Shown here: positions 35,907-36,369 of the stretch, in pieces
Layout: every line of letters starts with the position of its first letter
How positions within the stretch are numbered: the stretch's first letter is position 1
NCBI GenBank assembly: GCA_030630005.1
Contig: DAOVNY010000001.1
Coordinates: forward strand, 1 to 36,369
Source: Bacteroidales bacterium
GTDB taxonomy: Bacteria; Bacteroidota; Bacteroidia; Bacteroidales; JAIORY01
Reading direction: 5' to 3'
Length of the DNA: 36,369 nucleotides
Notes under the pieces: generated by a model
Told to the model about the DNA's origin: nothing
Database searches by the model: none
What the model saw: only the letters and a program-made list of their open reading frames with translations
Position numbers and translations under genes: made by a program

Positions 35907-36369
35907 TAATCTTTGGTTTTAAATATGCTTAAATAATGTACTACTTCTTTAATAAAAAGATTAAGATTATAAGCTGATTTCATTTTTATCATAATATCCA
36001 GATAATCCGCACTTTCAGTATTATCAATCCCAACCTTGAGTTTTGCATGTGATAATGCTAAAAGATATTGAATTGGAAAGCAATTAGAATTATCAAGATT
36101 GATCAGAATATCAAAATCTTTTTCAATAAAATCCTCAACAAATGTTCCCGATGGTTTTTTAAACCAGTTAAGGTTTTTTGAAGTAAAAAGATCGTAAGAA
36201 AGCTTAGGCATTATCTGTTCTTTAAGGTTTTCGCTTTTGACCAGAGCAAGGGCTTTCACAATTTTTTTCTCGTTTTGGAGCATACTTACAAACTTACTGA
36301 CTTTATTATATTCAGATTTATCATTAACAACAAACAAAATCCCAATCTCAGTAGCATCGTTGAGATTAA
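35906..36369 (-). CDS. Conserved hypothetical protein upstream of dapA; the frame is open to the window edge, so it is probably N-terminally truncated here
   Basis: The ORF-track start at 36337 is a TTG. The same frame continues (..NLNDATEIGILFVVND) to nt 36369. Its stop overlaps the dapA ATG. I recognise no motif. Confidence 0.5.
   Translation of the reverse strand, partial: NLNDATEIGILFVVNDKSEYNKVSKFVSMLQNEKKIVKALALVKSENLKEQIMPKLSYDLFTSKNLNWFKKPSGTFVEDFIEKDFDILINLDNSNCFPIQYLLALSHAKLKVGIDNTESADYLDIMIKMKSAYNLNLFIKEVVHYLSIFKTKD

Noticed and set aside
1-36369. CRISPR arrays, tRNA/rRNA genes, integrase or recombinase genes, and att-like direct repeats flanking the island
   Set aside because: I scanned the intergenic regions by eye and found no regularly spaced repeats, no tRNA-like acceptor/T-arm sequences, and no shared direct repeat of 12 nt or more between the 1238-1554 and 12821-13190 junctions.

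Overview
This is an AT-rich chromosomal segment that looks Bacteroidota-type. The evidence is a T9SS C-terminal sorting domain on a secreted peptidase, bamD-rpoZ-coaBC-DUF4835-recN synteny, and TAnnTTTG promoter boxes. Nt 1-1237 and 13191-36369 carry ordinary housekeeping genes: DEAD-box helicase, TPR protein, gyrA, clpC, a fused ACC carboxyltransferase, two acyl-CoA dehydrogenases, fabI, recN, DUF4835, coaBC, rpoZ, bamD, an alpha-oxoamine synthase, an M14 peptidase and dapA. Between them (about 1238-13190) lies a roughly 12 kb accessory defence island with no integrase, tRNA or recognisable att repeat. The island contains four things. (1) A 1193-aa Type IIG restriction-modification enzyme whose methyltransferase fold is interrupted in-frame by an IS200/RAYT-like HUH-Tyr transposase domain. 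That insert carries three copies of a GC-rich GACGGGTTAACCCGTC palindrome. (2) A six-gene, translationally coupled operon: XRE/C-protein, vsr, dcm, a 793-aa protein with two GHKL ATPase domains (Hsp90/MORC-type N-terminus, histidine-kinase-type C-terminus with an H-box), a 468-aa protein with a CheY-like receiver N-terminus and an unknown C-terminus, and an HNH_2 nuclease. It reads as a kinase-to-receiver relay wired between a methyltransferase and a nuclease, and I cannot assign it to any named system. (3) A HAD-family hydrolase with its own promoter box. (4) A roughly 165-nt multi-hairpin palindromic element. Outside the island the notable items are a coaBC gene split by a frameshift at an A9 homopolymer and an AccA-AccD fusion in alpha-to-beta order. 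All domain calls come from motif recognition by eye; no database search was run.
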